From assembly GCA_965207885.1 (NCBI GenBank), contig OZ242311.1, positions 2,731,235 to 2,795,234 on the forward strand: 64,000 nt of DNA, read 5' to 3'. The position numbers were made by a program, and so were the translations under genes. The notes below the pieces were generated by a model. It searched no databases. It saw nothing but the letters and a program-made list of their open reading frames with translations, and was not told where the DNA came from. Each line of letters opens with the position of its first letter. The stretch's first letter is position 1. Shown here piece after piece: positions 46,173 to 55,687 of this stretch. Source of the DNA: Candidatus Latescibacterota bacterium. GTDB taxonomy: Bacteria > Latescibacterota > UBA2968.

Positions 46173-47552
46173 TTATCCGTCCAGCCCTCTATTCCATTTG
46201 TATAAAAGCCATTTGCTCAGCGCCTGCCCATCTCCAATTTGCCACGCCCAATCTTCGAGTTTCCCGAACAGCGTCCGCAGCACTTCTTCCAGCCCGGGTT
46301 CGCGGAGCCTGTTGTTTATTTCGTCTGGATCAGTGGGACGATGATAGAGTTCCGGAGGTCGCTCTGAGTTGACGATCAGTTTCCATTCATTTGTTACAAT
46401 ACACCTTTCAAACATCGTAGGGTCACTTTCCGGAGGACAGTAGAGACCATCCTGACGATATGGATGGTTCTGAATATAAACAGAGTCACGCCATGGACCT
46501 TTGCCAGAAAGCAGGAGTTCTCTCGCGCTGCGACCGTGCAGGCCATCGGGAATGTCTAGCCCGCAGAGATCCAGGATGGTGGGCACCAGGTCTGCGTGAC
46601 TGACGAGTTCGCTTCGGACTCCAGGTTTGATCTTTCCGATCCAGTAGAAGATCAGAGGAATTCTGCTCGCCGTGTCGTAGCAATTCCGTTTTGGCTGAGG
46701 ATTCCATCGGTAGACAAAATCATGCCCGTGATCCGATGTATATACAATCAAGGTGTTTTGCTCGAGGCCCAAAGTATTCAGGACATCCACCATCCGGCCA
46801 ACGTTTTCATCAATTCTGTTAACCATTGCATAGTACGTGGGGTACTGGACCTTTCCCTGAAATCGCTCGCAGTTTTTCGGGGGAGCGGTCCACGGTGTGT
46901 GCGGAGGCCGGAAAGATACGATCAAGCAGAATGGATTCTGGTGGTGTTCGCGAATAAACTGGATTCCGCGGTCGAACTCGAAGTCAACACGGTACTCGCC
47001 TGGTTCTTCACGACCAAAATCGGGAATTGCAGACTCGTGATTGTCGGGCACGGTCCATTTCTTCATGGGCTCTCCAACCCATTGTGATTCACTCCCGTCA
47101 TGACCTTGCCAGACATCAAAGTAGTCCGGAGGAGGCTGGATCGGTCTTCCCGATACAGGTCGATCGAAAGGCTCAGGCGTCGGACCCAGATGCCATTTAC
47201 CGACGTAGCCGGTGGTGTAACCCATATCGTGCAGGAGCCTCGGAAAAGATGTTGTGTGGTCGGTCAAAGTCACATCGTTGTCCCAGACCTCAGTCTTGTG
47301 GGGAAATAGTCCCGTCAGGATTGAAGATCGGGCCGCGGAACAGAGAGGCTGGGTCACAAAAGCCGATTCAAAACAGGCACCTTCACTTGCCAGTCGGTCG
47401 ATATGAGGAGAAATTGCATTCCGATTGCCGTAACATCCCAATGAATCAAACCTCTGTTGATCAGGAAGGATCAGGATGATGTTGGGAGGTCTCCCTTCTG
47501 TCTCACCTATATTTTTATCTCTGGTCCAATCGTCCGATTGCCGCTGATCCAT
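46173..47552 (-). CDS. sulfatase with variant C-x-A-x-R motif, no signal peptide
   Basis: PPNIILILPDQQRFD, PLCSAARSSILTGLFP and YTSDHGHDF motifs. AGGAGA Shine-Dalgarno site. Confidence 0.85.
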   Translation of the reverse strand: MDQRQSDDWTRDKNIGETEGRPPNIILILPDQQRFDSLGCYGNRNAISPHIDRLASEGACFESAFVTQPLCSAARSSILTGLFPHKTEVWDNDVTLTDHTTSFPRLLHDMGYTTGYVGKWHLGPTPEPFDRPVSGRPIQPPPDYFDVWQGHDGSESQWVGEPMKKWTVPDNHESAIPDFGREEPGEYRVDFEFDRGIQFIREHHQNPFCLIVSFRPPHTPWTAPPKNCERFQGKVQYPTYYAMVNRIDENVGRMVDVLNTLGLEQNTLIVYTSDHGHDFVYRWNPQPKRNCYDTASRIPLIFYWIGKIKPGVRSELVSHADLVPTILDLCGLDIPDGLHGRSARELLLSGKGPWRDSVYIQNHPYRQDGLYCPPESDPTMFERCIVTNEWKLIVNSERPPELYHRPTDPDEINNRLREPGLEEVLRTLFGKLEDWAWQIGDGQALSKWLLYKWNRGLDG

Positions 47553-47627
47553 CTCCTATCTCCTATTTTCCAATGCCAGAATTCGACCCGAGAGCCAGTC
47601 GGTCTGTTTTATACGCAGAGACTCAAG

Positions 47628-49866
47628 TCAGAGATGCCCGCCAGACTCCAGGATACGCTCTTCCACTCTGGGAGGGGTCGGTCGGAGTCCAAAATCTCTC
47701 CACCCCCAGTCCACATGGATTTTGGGCATGTCGAATTCAAAATACCAGCGAATACTGATGGGATCTCGATCGATACCAAAATATCCGAGGAAAAGCGCAC
47801 ATTTTCCGGTGACTTCCTCGATTACGTCGAAAGGGGTCAGATCGTGAAACTCTTCAATCTCTTCTTCCACCTCCAGGTAACGGTGCAGATCGGCTTCGTA
47901 AGACTCCGCCTGGTTGGGCCTGAGGCTCGTGAGATCAAGAGGCTCGTGCGCGTTCCACCTGGGCAGGTCATATTGCTCAGATCCATCCGGACAGAAGGTC
48001 CAGATTGGCGTGGACCATGCGTATTCACCGTCGATTTGGCGGAGACGAACGTAATAGGCTCCCTCTCGCAGCGGTATCTCGTCGGTGTGGGTCAGATCTA
48101 TATCGAGTGCATCGGGATGCCATGAGTGGAGACAACGGTCATTCCGAATCAAGTCTATTCGCTGCACGGGAGCACAGGCGTGCGCGCAAATAGTGATCTC
48201 AGCAGGCGCCGAGATTTTGGCCTCGCTGCCCGCAGTGTGTCCGTTGACATCTACGGTCAGGATGATGCGCGCCCCAGTGGTGGCGAAGGTGCGCCGATCC
48301 CGAATTGCCTTCCAGATTTCGTTACGCTCGCAGCGCGCTGCCCAAACGGCGGCGATCGGTCCGTTCCCATACCCGGTGTCTCGGAAGTTCAAACCAACAT
48401 TGTGCCACCTCCCGAAGTAGTCTTTGGCGGCGATTGGAGCGCCCATCGTAGTAAGGTGGGTGTCCCCCGATCCAATAACGGCTGGGCGAAAGCCACAGCG
48501 CAGGGCCCACTGGAGCACCCATTCAAAGCAGCCATGCCCGCTGGCGACCTCAAGAAGCGGCTCGTGACTGGGACGATAATCGTACCATTGGGGGGGACCA
48601 CCCCCGATGTGGGCTTCAAGGATCACATCCTCTCGATCTCCAAACTCGGCCATCACTTCGTCCATGGTGCAGAAGGTGGGGGGATAGGTTTCAGTCCATT
48701 CACGGTAGATCACGTTCCGATCCCCTCCAGGTCTCGGGTGAACCTCTGAAGCGAGAAAAGGAACGTAAGTCCCCGGCTCATCGTTGTTCCGATAGGCTTG
48801 CTGATAGGCACGCCACAGCTCTGGTCGATCCTCCTGGATTGGCGGAACGGCCGGTCCCGGCGCTCCAAAGTCCAGCCGGCCGACTCTCCGCAACTGTTCG
48901 TGTCTCCGCTCAGGATGAATCTTGAAGGTGGGATCGTCCAGTAGCGACATGCTAATGTCGCCCCATCCGTGACAATGGAGATCTCCCCAGAGGAGACGGC
49001 GGTCGTGCTGTTCCTTGCAGAGGATGGGATTGCTCACTGCCCTTAGACCGTGGCGTTTGTCTTCCGCGATCAGACGGATAAGGCCGGGTTCTGATATGCG
49101 AATGTCTTCCAGAATCACGAGCCCGCTGTCACTGGAGCCCAACGAGATGGATTTGGGCAAACCCTCAACCGCTGAAATCGGACCAGAGAAGGTCACTCGA
49201 CCCTCAAATTGTTCGCAGATATTGTGGTTTGCATCGAAGGCCATCAGATGCAGTGCAAAGGCCTCATCGGGCGTAACGATCGACGGGCCCAGAAGCCGAA
49301 GCAGCGCCGGCACAGGATTGGATGTGATGTGAATCCTGCAAGGATTGCAGGCCAGTTCCCGATAGACGCCATCCCCTGTCCGATCCACGGCGCTGGTAAT
49401 CCGCCCCAGAGTCGTTCCATCATAAACGGCGCTCCCCGCGCCTCCATAGCTCGAATCGCCAATCTGAATGGTGAAGGAATCACCGGTTTTCATCTCACCC
49501 TCATCGACCAGCACCTGGGCGAATCCCGGACGGTGGGACTGCTTTTCTGAATTGACGATCAGGCGTAAGGTCGCATCACATTGGGTTTTTAGAGTGACGA
49601 AATCACGTCCCTCTGGGTTGTAGTCCTGAATTCGATGCGAGAACAGAAACGAGTGCCGCTGAAAAAGAAAACCGCCGCCGGCAGTTATGGTTTCTGATGC
49701 GGTGGCAGTAATCTTCCACATCCCCAACTTGCCTGCGGGCAATTCCAGATCGTGCCCACAGCTACGTGAGCCGTCACTTCCGTGAAATTCGACCTCGAGC
49801 ATCGGGCTCGTTACCCGGCACAGGTTGGACTGTGATGCTGACGCGCTGCACTCGTGATTTCGGCAT
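47628..49866 (-). CDS. large PHP/DUF3604-like metallohydrolase, paralog A, with a frameshift near codon 23
   Basis: The body (track ORF 47628..49898) aligns with paralog B throughout (LLWGDLHCHGWGD, VIGSGDTH, CERNEIWKAIRDRRTFATTGARIIL). The homologous N-terminus MPKSRVQRVSITVQPVPGNEPD is encoded from the ATG at 49866 (GAGGAG 5 nt upstream) in a different frame. The first in-frame ATG of the body is at 49802. Confidence 0.7.
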
Positions 49867-49955
49867 AGGTTCTCCTCAACAGCCGTTCGACGAATCACGG
49901 TGCCAGAACAAGTTCATGTTCAAGATTCGGTGGATGGGATTCATTTGCAATGTGA

Positions 49956-50984
49956 TCAGAGACCACCGTTCCTCCATTTGTCCAGAACATCACTGGCGAC
50001 TTTCATGTTGAACTGATGTCCGCCATCAAATTGATCGACAAATAACTGATCCGAAGCGCCGGCTGCCCCATATGCCTTCCGCACTCTGACCAGGGCTCTC
50101 TCCGCCCATTCGTGTGGCGCCAGTCGATCCTCCAACCCCCATTCAATCACCATAGGGCGGGGGGCGATGAGAGAGAAGATCTCCGGCGTATCCCCATACT
50201 GGAGAAGTCCCGGGATGAGTTGTGCGCCGCACTTCTTCAAAGCCTGATAACGTTCCTGGTACATGCTCAGACAGCCCGAGGGTACGGCAATCTTGACCCG
50301 TGAATCAAAAGCAGAGATCATCATGGCCATTCGACCTCCGAGCGAAATCCCTGCACAGCCAAGCATCTCACTGTCGATATAATCAAGGGACTGAAGCACA
50401 TCGAGTGCCGCCTGTAGATCGCACAGATGTAGTGCCACAACGGTTGTGCCCATCAGCGTTGCACAAAGGTAGTTGCGCATGCAATAGTCAACCCGGGGAT
50501 TTGGATAATTGGACCGTCGTTCGCCAAACCCGCGTAGATCGGGCATCAGGGTGACGTAGCCCTGCTGTGCGAATTTCTGGCCGAAGTTGTATCCCTTCGT
50601 TACAATTTCTTCTTTCCGCTCGGGTGAATTGTCGATCCCCGCCACACCATCTTTCCCAAACTGGCTGTGCCCGTGCAGGCAAAGGAGACCCGGAGTCCGA
50701 TTCTGTAACTCCTTGGGAACGAGCAAATAAGCCGGTACGAACACGTCCAGCTCCGTCTGGTAGCGAATGCGATAGCGTACGTGGTCCCCACAATCCGTTT
50801 CAGTCAGGAATTCCAGAGAAAGATCCGATCGTTCCGGGCGAAGGCCCAACAGTTCCACTACTGTTGATCGAAATCGATCCTGCCACCTCTCCAGTTCATC
50901 GACCGTTGAGCCGTCGAATAGCATTGAAGGCTCAAACTGATCCAGCAGTTGCGAAAGGTCATCTTCGAAGATGATGGGTCTCAT
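49956..50984 (-). CDS. alpha/beta hydrolase (dienelactone-hydrolase/esterase-like), cytoplasmic
   Basis: LLCLHGHSQFG, the nucleophile elbow GCAGISLGGR, and the C-terminal block FDGGHQF. Confidence 0.7.
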   Translation of the reverse strand: MRPIIFEDDLSQLLDQFEPSMLFDGSTVDELERWQDRFRSTVVELLGLRPERSDLSLEFLTETDCGDHVRYRIRYQTELDVFVPAYLLVPKELQNRTPGLLCLHGHSQFGKDGVAGIDNSPERKEEIVTKGYNFGQKFAQQGYVTLMPDLRGFGERRSNYPNPRVDYCMRNYLCATLMGTTVVALHLCDLQAALDVLQSLDYIDSEMLGCAGISLGGRMAMMISAFDSRVKIAVPSGCLSMYQERYQALKKCGAQLIPGLLQYGDTPEIFSLIAPRPMVIEWGLEDRLAPHEWAERALVRVRKAYGAAGASDQLFVDQFDGGHQFNMKVASDVLDKWRNGGL

Positions 50985-51073
50985 TGTCCAGTCTCGGTAG
51001 TATAAAATTTAATTCAGAAAAGCACAAGCGAATCCAAATCTCTTTGGGATTCCCGGGATTCTTTGGTTGCGGG

Positions 51074-52108
51074 CTATTCAAACCAATGAGGGGATTGCGG
51101 GCGCTTCGTGCGAATCGAATCCAGTGCTGCCTCACAGATAGAAACTATGCGCGCACCCCATCGAGCCGGGATCGGATTACTGATTTTGCCATCGAGCAGA
51201 TTCAGATAATCGACCACAGAGCGCCCCCAGCCGTGTCCACCAATTACTTCATGAGCAGATGATTCTTCGATTGGAACTGGCTCATGGCCACGGCGGAAGA
51301 GTTGGCCTTTCCACAACGTGCCTTCGGTGCCATATACGGCTAAAAAACCACCGCCCATTCCCTCGCCCATGCCATGTCCGGAGCAGCCGCTTGTCACAAA
51401 GACTTTGCCTGTGACGCCATTTTCAAATTGAAGGATCACAATATAACAGTCATCATCTGGAAATACCGGGATGCTGAGCTTATTGCTATAGGCATAGACC
51501 TCCGTAACCGGAGATTCAACCGTCCACAAAATCAGATCAAGTGGGTGGCAGCCGCCGCCCAGCAGGATATTCTGGGGATTTTGCCGATCAATGCGCCAGG
51601 GTGTGTGACTTTTACCCTCAGGTGAATAATGGCTCCACATGTCATGGATGTAATCGCCCTGGACAAAGAAAACATCGCCAATCTCACCGGATTGGGCCAT
51701 CAGTGCCATTTCGTGCCAGGGATGCAGGTAGCGCATGGTTTGGTCGGTCATGACATGCCGGCCACTCTCTGCCTCCGCGTCGAGGATGCGTTGGGCATCT
51801 GCCACTGTGGTAGCAAGCGGTTTTTCCACCAGGACGTGGCAGCCCTGCTCCAATGCCATGACAGTCTGATCGGCGTGCAAGTGATCCGGTCCTGCCACGA
51901 CTACAACATCGGGCTGCATTTCTCGCAGGAGTGGAGCGTACTCGTGGCCAGTCAAGGCATCCGGATATTGCTCATGCATCATGTCCAACTGTGCCTGCTG
52001 TGGATCGACGAGCCCCACAATTTCTCCACGTCCATCGGCGGCGGCTACCTGAGCCACATTACGGCCAGCGCTTCCACAGCCGCTAATCAAGAGTTTGTAA
52101 CGCTTCAT
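51074..52108 (-). CDS. Gfo/Idh/MocA-family NAD(P)-dependent oxidoreductase
   Basis: The ATG at 52108 starts MKRYKLLISGCGSAGRN (Rossmann fold). DVVVVAGPDHLHADQTVMALEQGCHVLVEKPLA motif. Confidence 0.85.
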   Translation of the reverse strand: MKRYKLLISGCGSAGRNVAQVAAADGRGEIVGLVDPQQAQLDMMHEQYPDALTGHEYAPLLREMQPDVVVVAGPDHLHADQTVMALEQGCHVLVEKPLATTVADAQRILDAEAESGRHVMTDQTMRYLHPWHEMALMAQSGEIGDVFFVQGDYIHDMWSHYSPEGKSHTPWRIDRQNPQNILLGGGCHPLDLILWTVESPVTEVYAYSNKLSIPVFPDDDCYIVILQFENGVTGKVFVTSGCSGHGMGEGMGGGFLAVYGTEGTLWKGQLFRRGHEPVPIEESSAHEVIGGHGWGRSVVDYLNLLDGKISNPIPARWGARIVSICEAALDSIRTKRPQSPHWFE

Positions 52109-52146
52109 GGCAAATATCTCAATTTTTTCTGAAATTCGAACGTTCA

Positions 52147-52932
52147 CTATCTTCTTTTTGCACTAATTTCAGCGATGGTATCACCAGTTATCTTGACGGT
52201 GTGGGTATCTACTCGCTCAACGACTTCACGGGTAGCTCTGGCCTCGGCACTATCAGCGGACTGATATTCGGTCGCGAATATATACGGAGATGGGATTGTA
52301 TAAGGTGGGATTTCCCCGATCCTCCCCATGGCCTTGCGAGCGCCTTCTCGGAGCAGATCCCGAGCTTTAGTGGGAGAGAGGGTGAGTGCAGCCGTGCGGC
52401 TGAGCCCCTCTTTCACGACAACGCTTTCGATGTCGGGAACATAACGTCGAGCCTCATCTACAGCAGCCCGATCCCCGCTGATGAAAACCGTGGGTACGCC
52501 AACCTCACCGGCATGGGCTATGTTGAAACCAATTTCGCCGATCAGTTCATCGTTCAACCAGCAGTTGGCAATGCTTCGGGAACTCCAGCTGTGACACAGC
52601 ACACCATCAGGGGTGTTCTCCATCGCGTGATGGCCATACAAAAATTGCACCTCAAATGTCAATCCCATCTCCCACGCAGAGCCTCTGGGGCGACCGTATA
52701 TCACCCGGGCTTCGCGGTGGATATGTTCGATATTGATTCCACCACTGCCGTGTCCGTCCAGCACGATAGGGTCAGTGGCGCCTCCTTCCAGAGCACCGTC
52801 TATGAGGGCGTTGATCTCCAGAGTGGCCAGATATTTTGCCTGTTCGTTGTCGCGCCCTCCGTCGTAAGTCTGAGTTTTGAAATCTACGACGCCAGCAGTG
52901 CCTTCCAAATCGCACAAGATAAGAATTCTCAT
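52147..52932 (-). CDS. M55-family D-aminopeptidase (DppA-like)
   Basis: MRILILCDLEGTAGV, VLDGHGSG, FLYGHHAM and FISGDRAAVDEARRYVP are collinear with Bacillus DppA. Confidence 0.75.
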   Translation of the reverse strand: MRILILCDLEGTAGVVDFKTQTYDGGRDNEQAKYLATLEINALIDGALEGGATDPIVLDGHGSGGINIEHIHREARVIYGRPRGSAWEMGLTFEVQFLYGHHAMENTPDGVLCHSWSSRSIANCWLNDELIGEIGFNIAHAGEVGVPTVFISGDRAAVDEARRYVPDIESVVVKEGLSRTAALTLSPTKARDLLREGARKAMGRIGEIPPYTIPSPYIFATEYQSADSAEARATREVVERVDTHTVKITGDTIAEISAKRR

Positions 52933-53134
52933 GGAAAGTCTCCTGATGAAATTGACGATGTTTTACGTTGCCAAAATACATGATTGTGGGGCGCTCCTGC
53001 AAGCAGAGATGCGCCCGCCTCTCTTCCGAAAGATGCTTCGCCCAATTGCGTTTGACTTCGGCATGGTCACTTTCTATCTTGCCCCTGAAAGATATTTTGC
53101 TATTTGGGCTGATTTTTTTTGGAGGATTGGACGG

Positions 53135-54400
53135 ATGGCGGCTAAACCAGAGTTTCGCAAGCCAGCACCGGAAGGGGTGGTGGAGCAGACCGGCATTGGT
53201 ACCGGTACAGGCAATGGGATGGTGGTCTTAGACGACGGCTCCCTGATGATGGTTGTGGGGAGTCGTTTTCATATCTCGACAGATGGCGGACAGACCTGGG
53301 GCGAGTCGCGGCCGCTGAACTGCGAGGCGATGGGAAGTTCGTCCAACCTGTCGTGTATAAAGCTACAGTCGGGCAAGCTGGCACTGGCGCACCGGGGCAA
53401 GGAGGAGGCGGGGTGGGGGACGGAGATATTCAACTGGAATCCCTTTTATTTTTCATTGTCTGAAGACGAGGGCCAGACCTGGACGGGTGCGTGGCCGATG
53501 AATCTGCTGGGCGGGCCTTACCACGATGTGATGATTCAGCTGTCGAGCGGGCGGTTGCTGATGCCCAGCCGGATCTGTCACAGCAACAGACGGCACCCTG
53601 GTTTGGAATACGAGCGGGTGAGCAGTTACGGGATCTGGAAGGGGCTGCGGTTGCAGGTGAGCGGACATTATCACTATCCTGAGGTAGATATCGCCGCGGT
53701 GAGTTATTCGGACGACGAGGGAAAGACGTGGCAGCAGTGCCAGGGGCAGTTGATGGGCTGGTTCGACGCGGAGGGCATTCCCAACGGGCGCGGAGGAATC
53801 ACGGCGGTGGATGAACCGAGTGTGGCGGAATGCGCGGATGGGCGAGTGATGCTGCTGGCGCGATCTACGGTGGGGCGGCTGGTGCAGAGTATCAGCGAAG
53901 ACGGCGGAGAGACCTGGACGCCGATTTTGCCGAGCGATCTGGCGAGTTCGTACTCGCCGCCGAGGCTGCGGCAGATTCCGAGCACGGGCGACTTGCTGTG
54001 TGTGTGGAACCAGGTGTCGCGGGATGAGATCAAACGGGGCTATCGGCGGGGGAGACTGTCGGTGGCGATTTCCAGGGATAGTGGCGCGAGCTGGGAGCGG
54101 TTCAAGACAATCGAGGTGAGCGAGGGGATGGAGGACGTGGAGCGGGTGGTGCCGCAGGAGCCGATTACGCCGGTGATCGGGCTACCCGAAGTGGGTACGT
54201 TGCCGGAGGGTTTCGCTACCTTCGACTATCCCAATGTGTGGTTTGCGGGTGATGAGGTGTACCTGACATACCACCGGAGCTGGGTGGAAGTGGATGAGGA
54301 TGCCGGTGAAGCGGTGACACTGGGGGAACGGAAAGGGAAGACGAGAAAGCCACGCGAGATGGTGTTGCGCATTTATCCACTGGCGGAGTTTTACCGCTGA
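53135..54400 (+). CDS. cytoplasmic BNR/Asp-box sialidase-like (GH33-like) propeller
   Basis: The ATG at 53135 has GGAGG 9 nt upstream. FRKP (FRIP-like) motif near the N-terminus. Five Asp-boxes: STDGGQTW, SEDEGQTW, SDDEGKTW, SEDGGETW and SRDSGASW. GC-rich. Confidence 0.7.
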   Translation: MAAKPEFRKPAPEGVVEQTGIGTGTGNGMVVLDDGSLMMVVGSRFHISTDGGQTWGESRPLNCEAMGSSSNLSCIKLQSGKLALAHRGKEEAGWGTEIFNWNPFYFSLSEDEGQTWTGAWPMNLLGGPYHDVMIQLSSGRLLMPSRICHSNRRHPGLEYERVSSYGIWKGLRLQVSGHYHYPEVDIAAVSYSDDEGKTWQQCQGQLMGWFDAEGIPNGRGGITAVDEPSVAECADGRVMLLARSTVGRLVQSISEDGGETWTPILPSDLASSYSPPRLRQIPSTGDLLCVWNQVSRDEIKRGYRRGRLSVAISRDSGASWERFKTIEVSEGMEDVERVVPQEPITPVIGLPEVGTLPEGFATFDYPNVWFAGDEVYLTYHRSWVEVDEDAGEAVTLGERKGKTRKPREMVLRIYPLAEFYR

Positions 54401-54408
54401 AATGTCGT

Positions 54409-55647
54409 TTATTCTATTTCTGTATAGTCGGAGGTGAGGGTTAGATCACCCGACTTTATGTTAATAAAGCAGGCGGTTGTTCCTTCTGGCTGCGTGGCGG
54501 TTACTACCCAATGCTCGGCCCTCTTCCTCAGCTTTGCAGGTGATTCGATCCACTTCCTTTTGCCGGTGATTCCGGTATCAGTCGTTGATATCAGAAAGGC
54601 CTCATCCAAGGGCCTTGATGATCCAAAAATCACTGTGAACTGTCCGCTCTCAGTCCCGGACGAAATTTGCTCGGCCCAGGGTTTGCCCTCTTTGACAACG
54701 CTGTCTGCGAAGGCATAGCTATCCGGAGGTTTCATACCGGCTTGGTGTCCGTGTTTCATGCCGGGGATCAGACATACCATGTAGGGCCCGGATACAGTGC
54801 GATAGCAGGAGGCCTGCTTGTCCAATGGAAAGTGCTGGTCTCCCGGCCAGGAGAGCCAGAGAGTTGGAATTTCCACATTCTTTAAGCGCAGCACAGGATC
54901 CCAGACCTCTTTGTAAAGGTCATTATTTCCAAGCGCCCTGCCGTATTGATTGACCGCCTGGGATAGGTTCCCGCATCCGTACGTGGGAATGGCAAAAGCA
55001 AAGCGGTCGTCGATACCGATAACCGTGCTTGCAATAATGCCTCCCCAGGAGATACCCATCAGGCCGACGCTCGTACTATCTACCTGCGACAGGGAACGAA
55101 GTAGTGAGTTCGCCAGGATTGCATCGGCAACGGCGTGATACATCCACTGTTCTTCAATCGGTTTGTCGGAGTCACCGTAAATACCTGTGCGAACTGGTCC
55201 CGACCAGGGATGTTTTTTCCACCTGTTGCGCCTGGTGTCGCCGGGTTTCCCTGGCTCCCGTTCATCTATCTGTCCTTCTACTGCGATACTGATTGCCGCG
55301 TATCCGCGGGCATTCCACTTTTCAACCCACTCCTTAAAGGCGGTTCCGCCACCGCCATGGATTAACACGATTCCCGGGACCTTGTGGCTCGACGATGCCT
55401 CCTCAGGGATACCGAGCCATGCATAGACGCGGGTTGGTTTTCCCTCGTACATAAGTGCATCAAAGTAGATCGTTTTCAACTCACCAGCACCAATACTGAC
55501 GATTTGCTCATTTTCATTGCGGACAACCGGCGCATTTGTCAGTTCTGCCAGTGCGCGTATTCTCGATTCCTCAGTGCGGTAATCAGCTTGCACGCTCAAA
55601 GTCCTCAGCATTGCTGCGAAAATAACTGTCCATTTAATTATTCTCAT
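54409..55647 (-). CDS. secreted alpha/beta hydrolase (carbohydrate-esterase-like)
   Basis: Signal peptide MRIIKWTVIFAAMLRTLSVQA. GIVLIHGGGGTA motif, nucleophile elbow GLMGISWGG, and GMKHGH. Confidence 0.7.
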   Translation of the reverse strand: MRIIKWTVIFAAMLRTLSVQADYRTEESRIRALAELTNAPVVRNENEQIVSIGAGELKTIYFDALMYEGKPTRVYAWLGIPEEASSSHKVPGIVLIHGGGGTAFKEWVEKWNARGYAAISIAVEGQIDEREPGKPGDTRRNRWKKHPWSGPVRTGIYGDSDKPIEEQWMYHAVADAILANSLLRSLSQVDSTSVGLMGISWGGIIASTVIGIDDRFAFAIPTYGCGNLSQAVNQYGRALGNNDLYKEVWDPVLRLKNVEIPTLWLSWPGDQHFPLDKQASCYRTVSGPYMVCLIPGMKHGHQAGMKPPDSYAFADSVVKEGKPWAEQISSGTESGQFTVIFGSSRPLDEAFLISTTDTGITGKRKWIESPAKLRKRAEHWVVTATQPEGTTACFINIKSGDLTLTSDYTEIE

Positions 55648-55687
55648 CGTATTGTATTTCTCAGGTTCTCCAAAAGTCTTGATCGCC

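Noticed and set aside
52201-52983. 260-aa plus-strand ORF antisense to the M55 peptidase, and the 5' extension (52877-53134) of the BNR gene
   Set aside because: The M55 frame is collinear with DppA. The BNR start with a GGAGG Shine-Dalgarno site is at 53135, and the extension would overlap the divergent gene.
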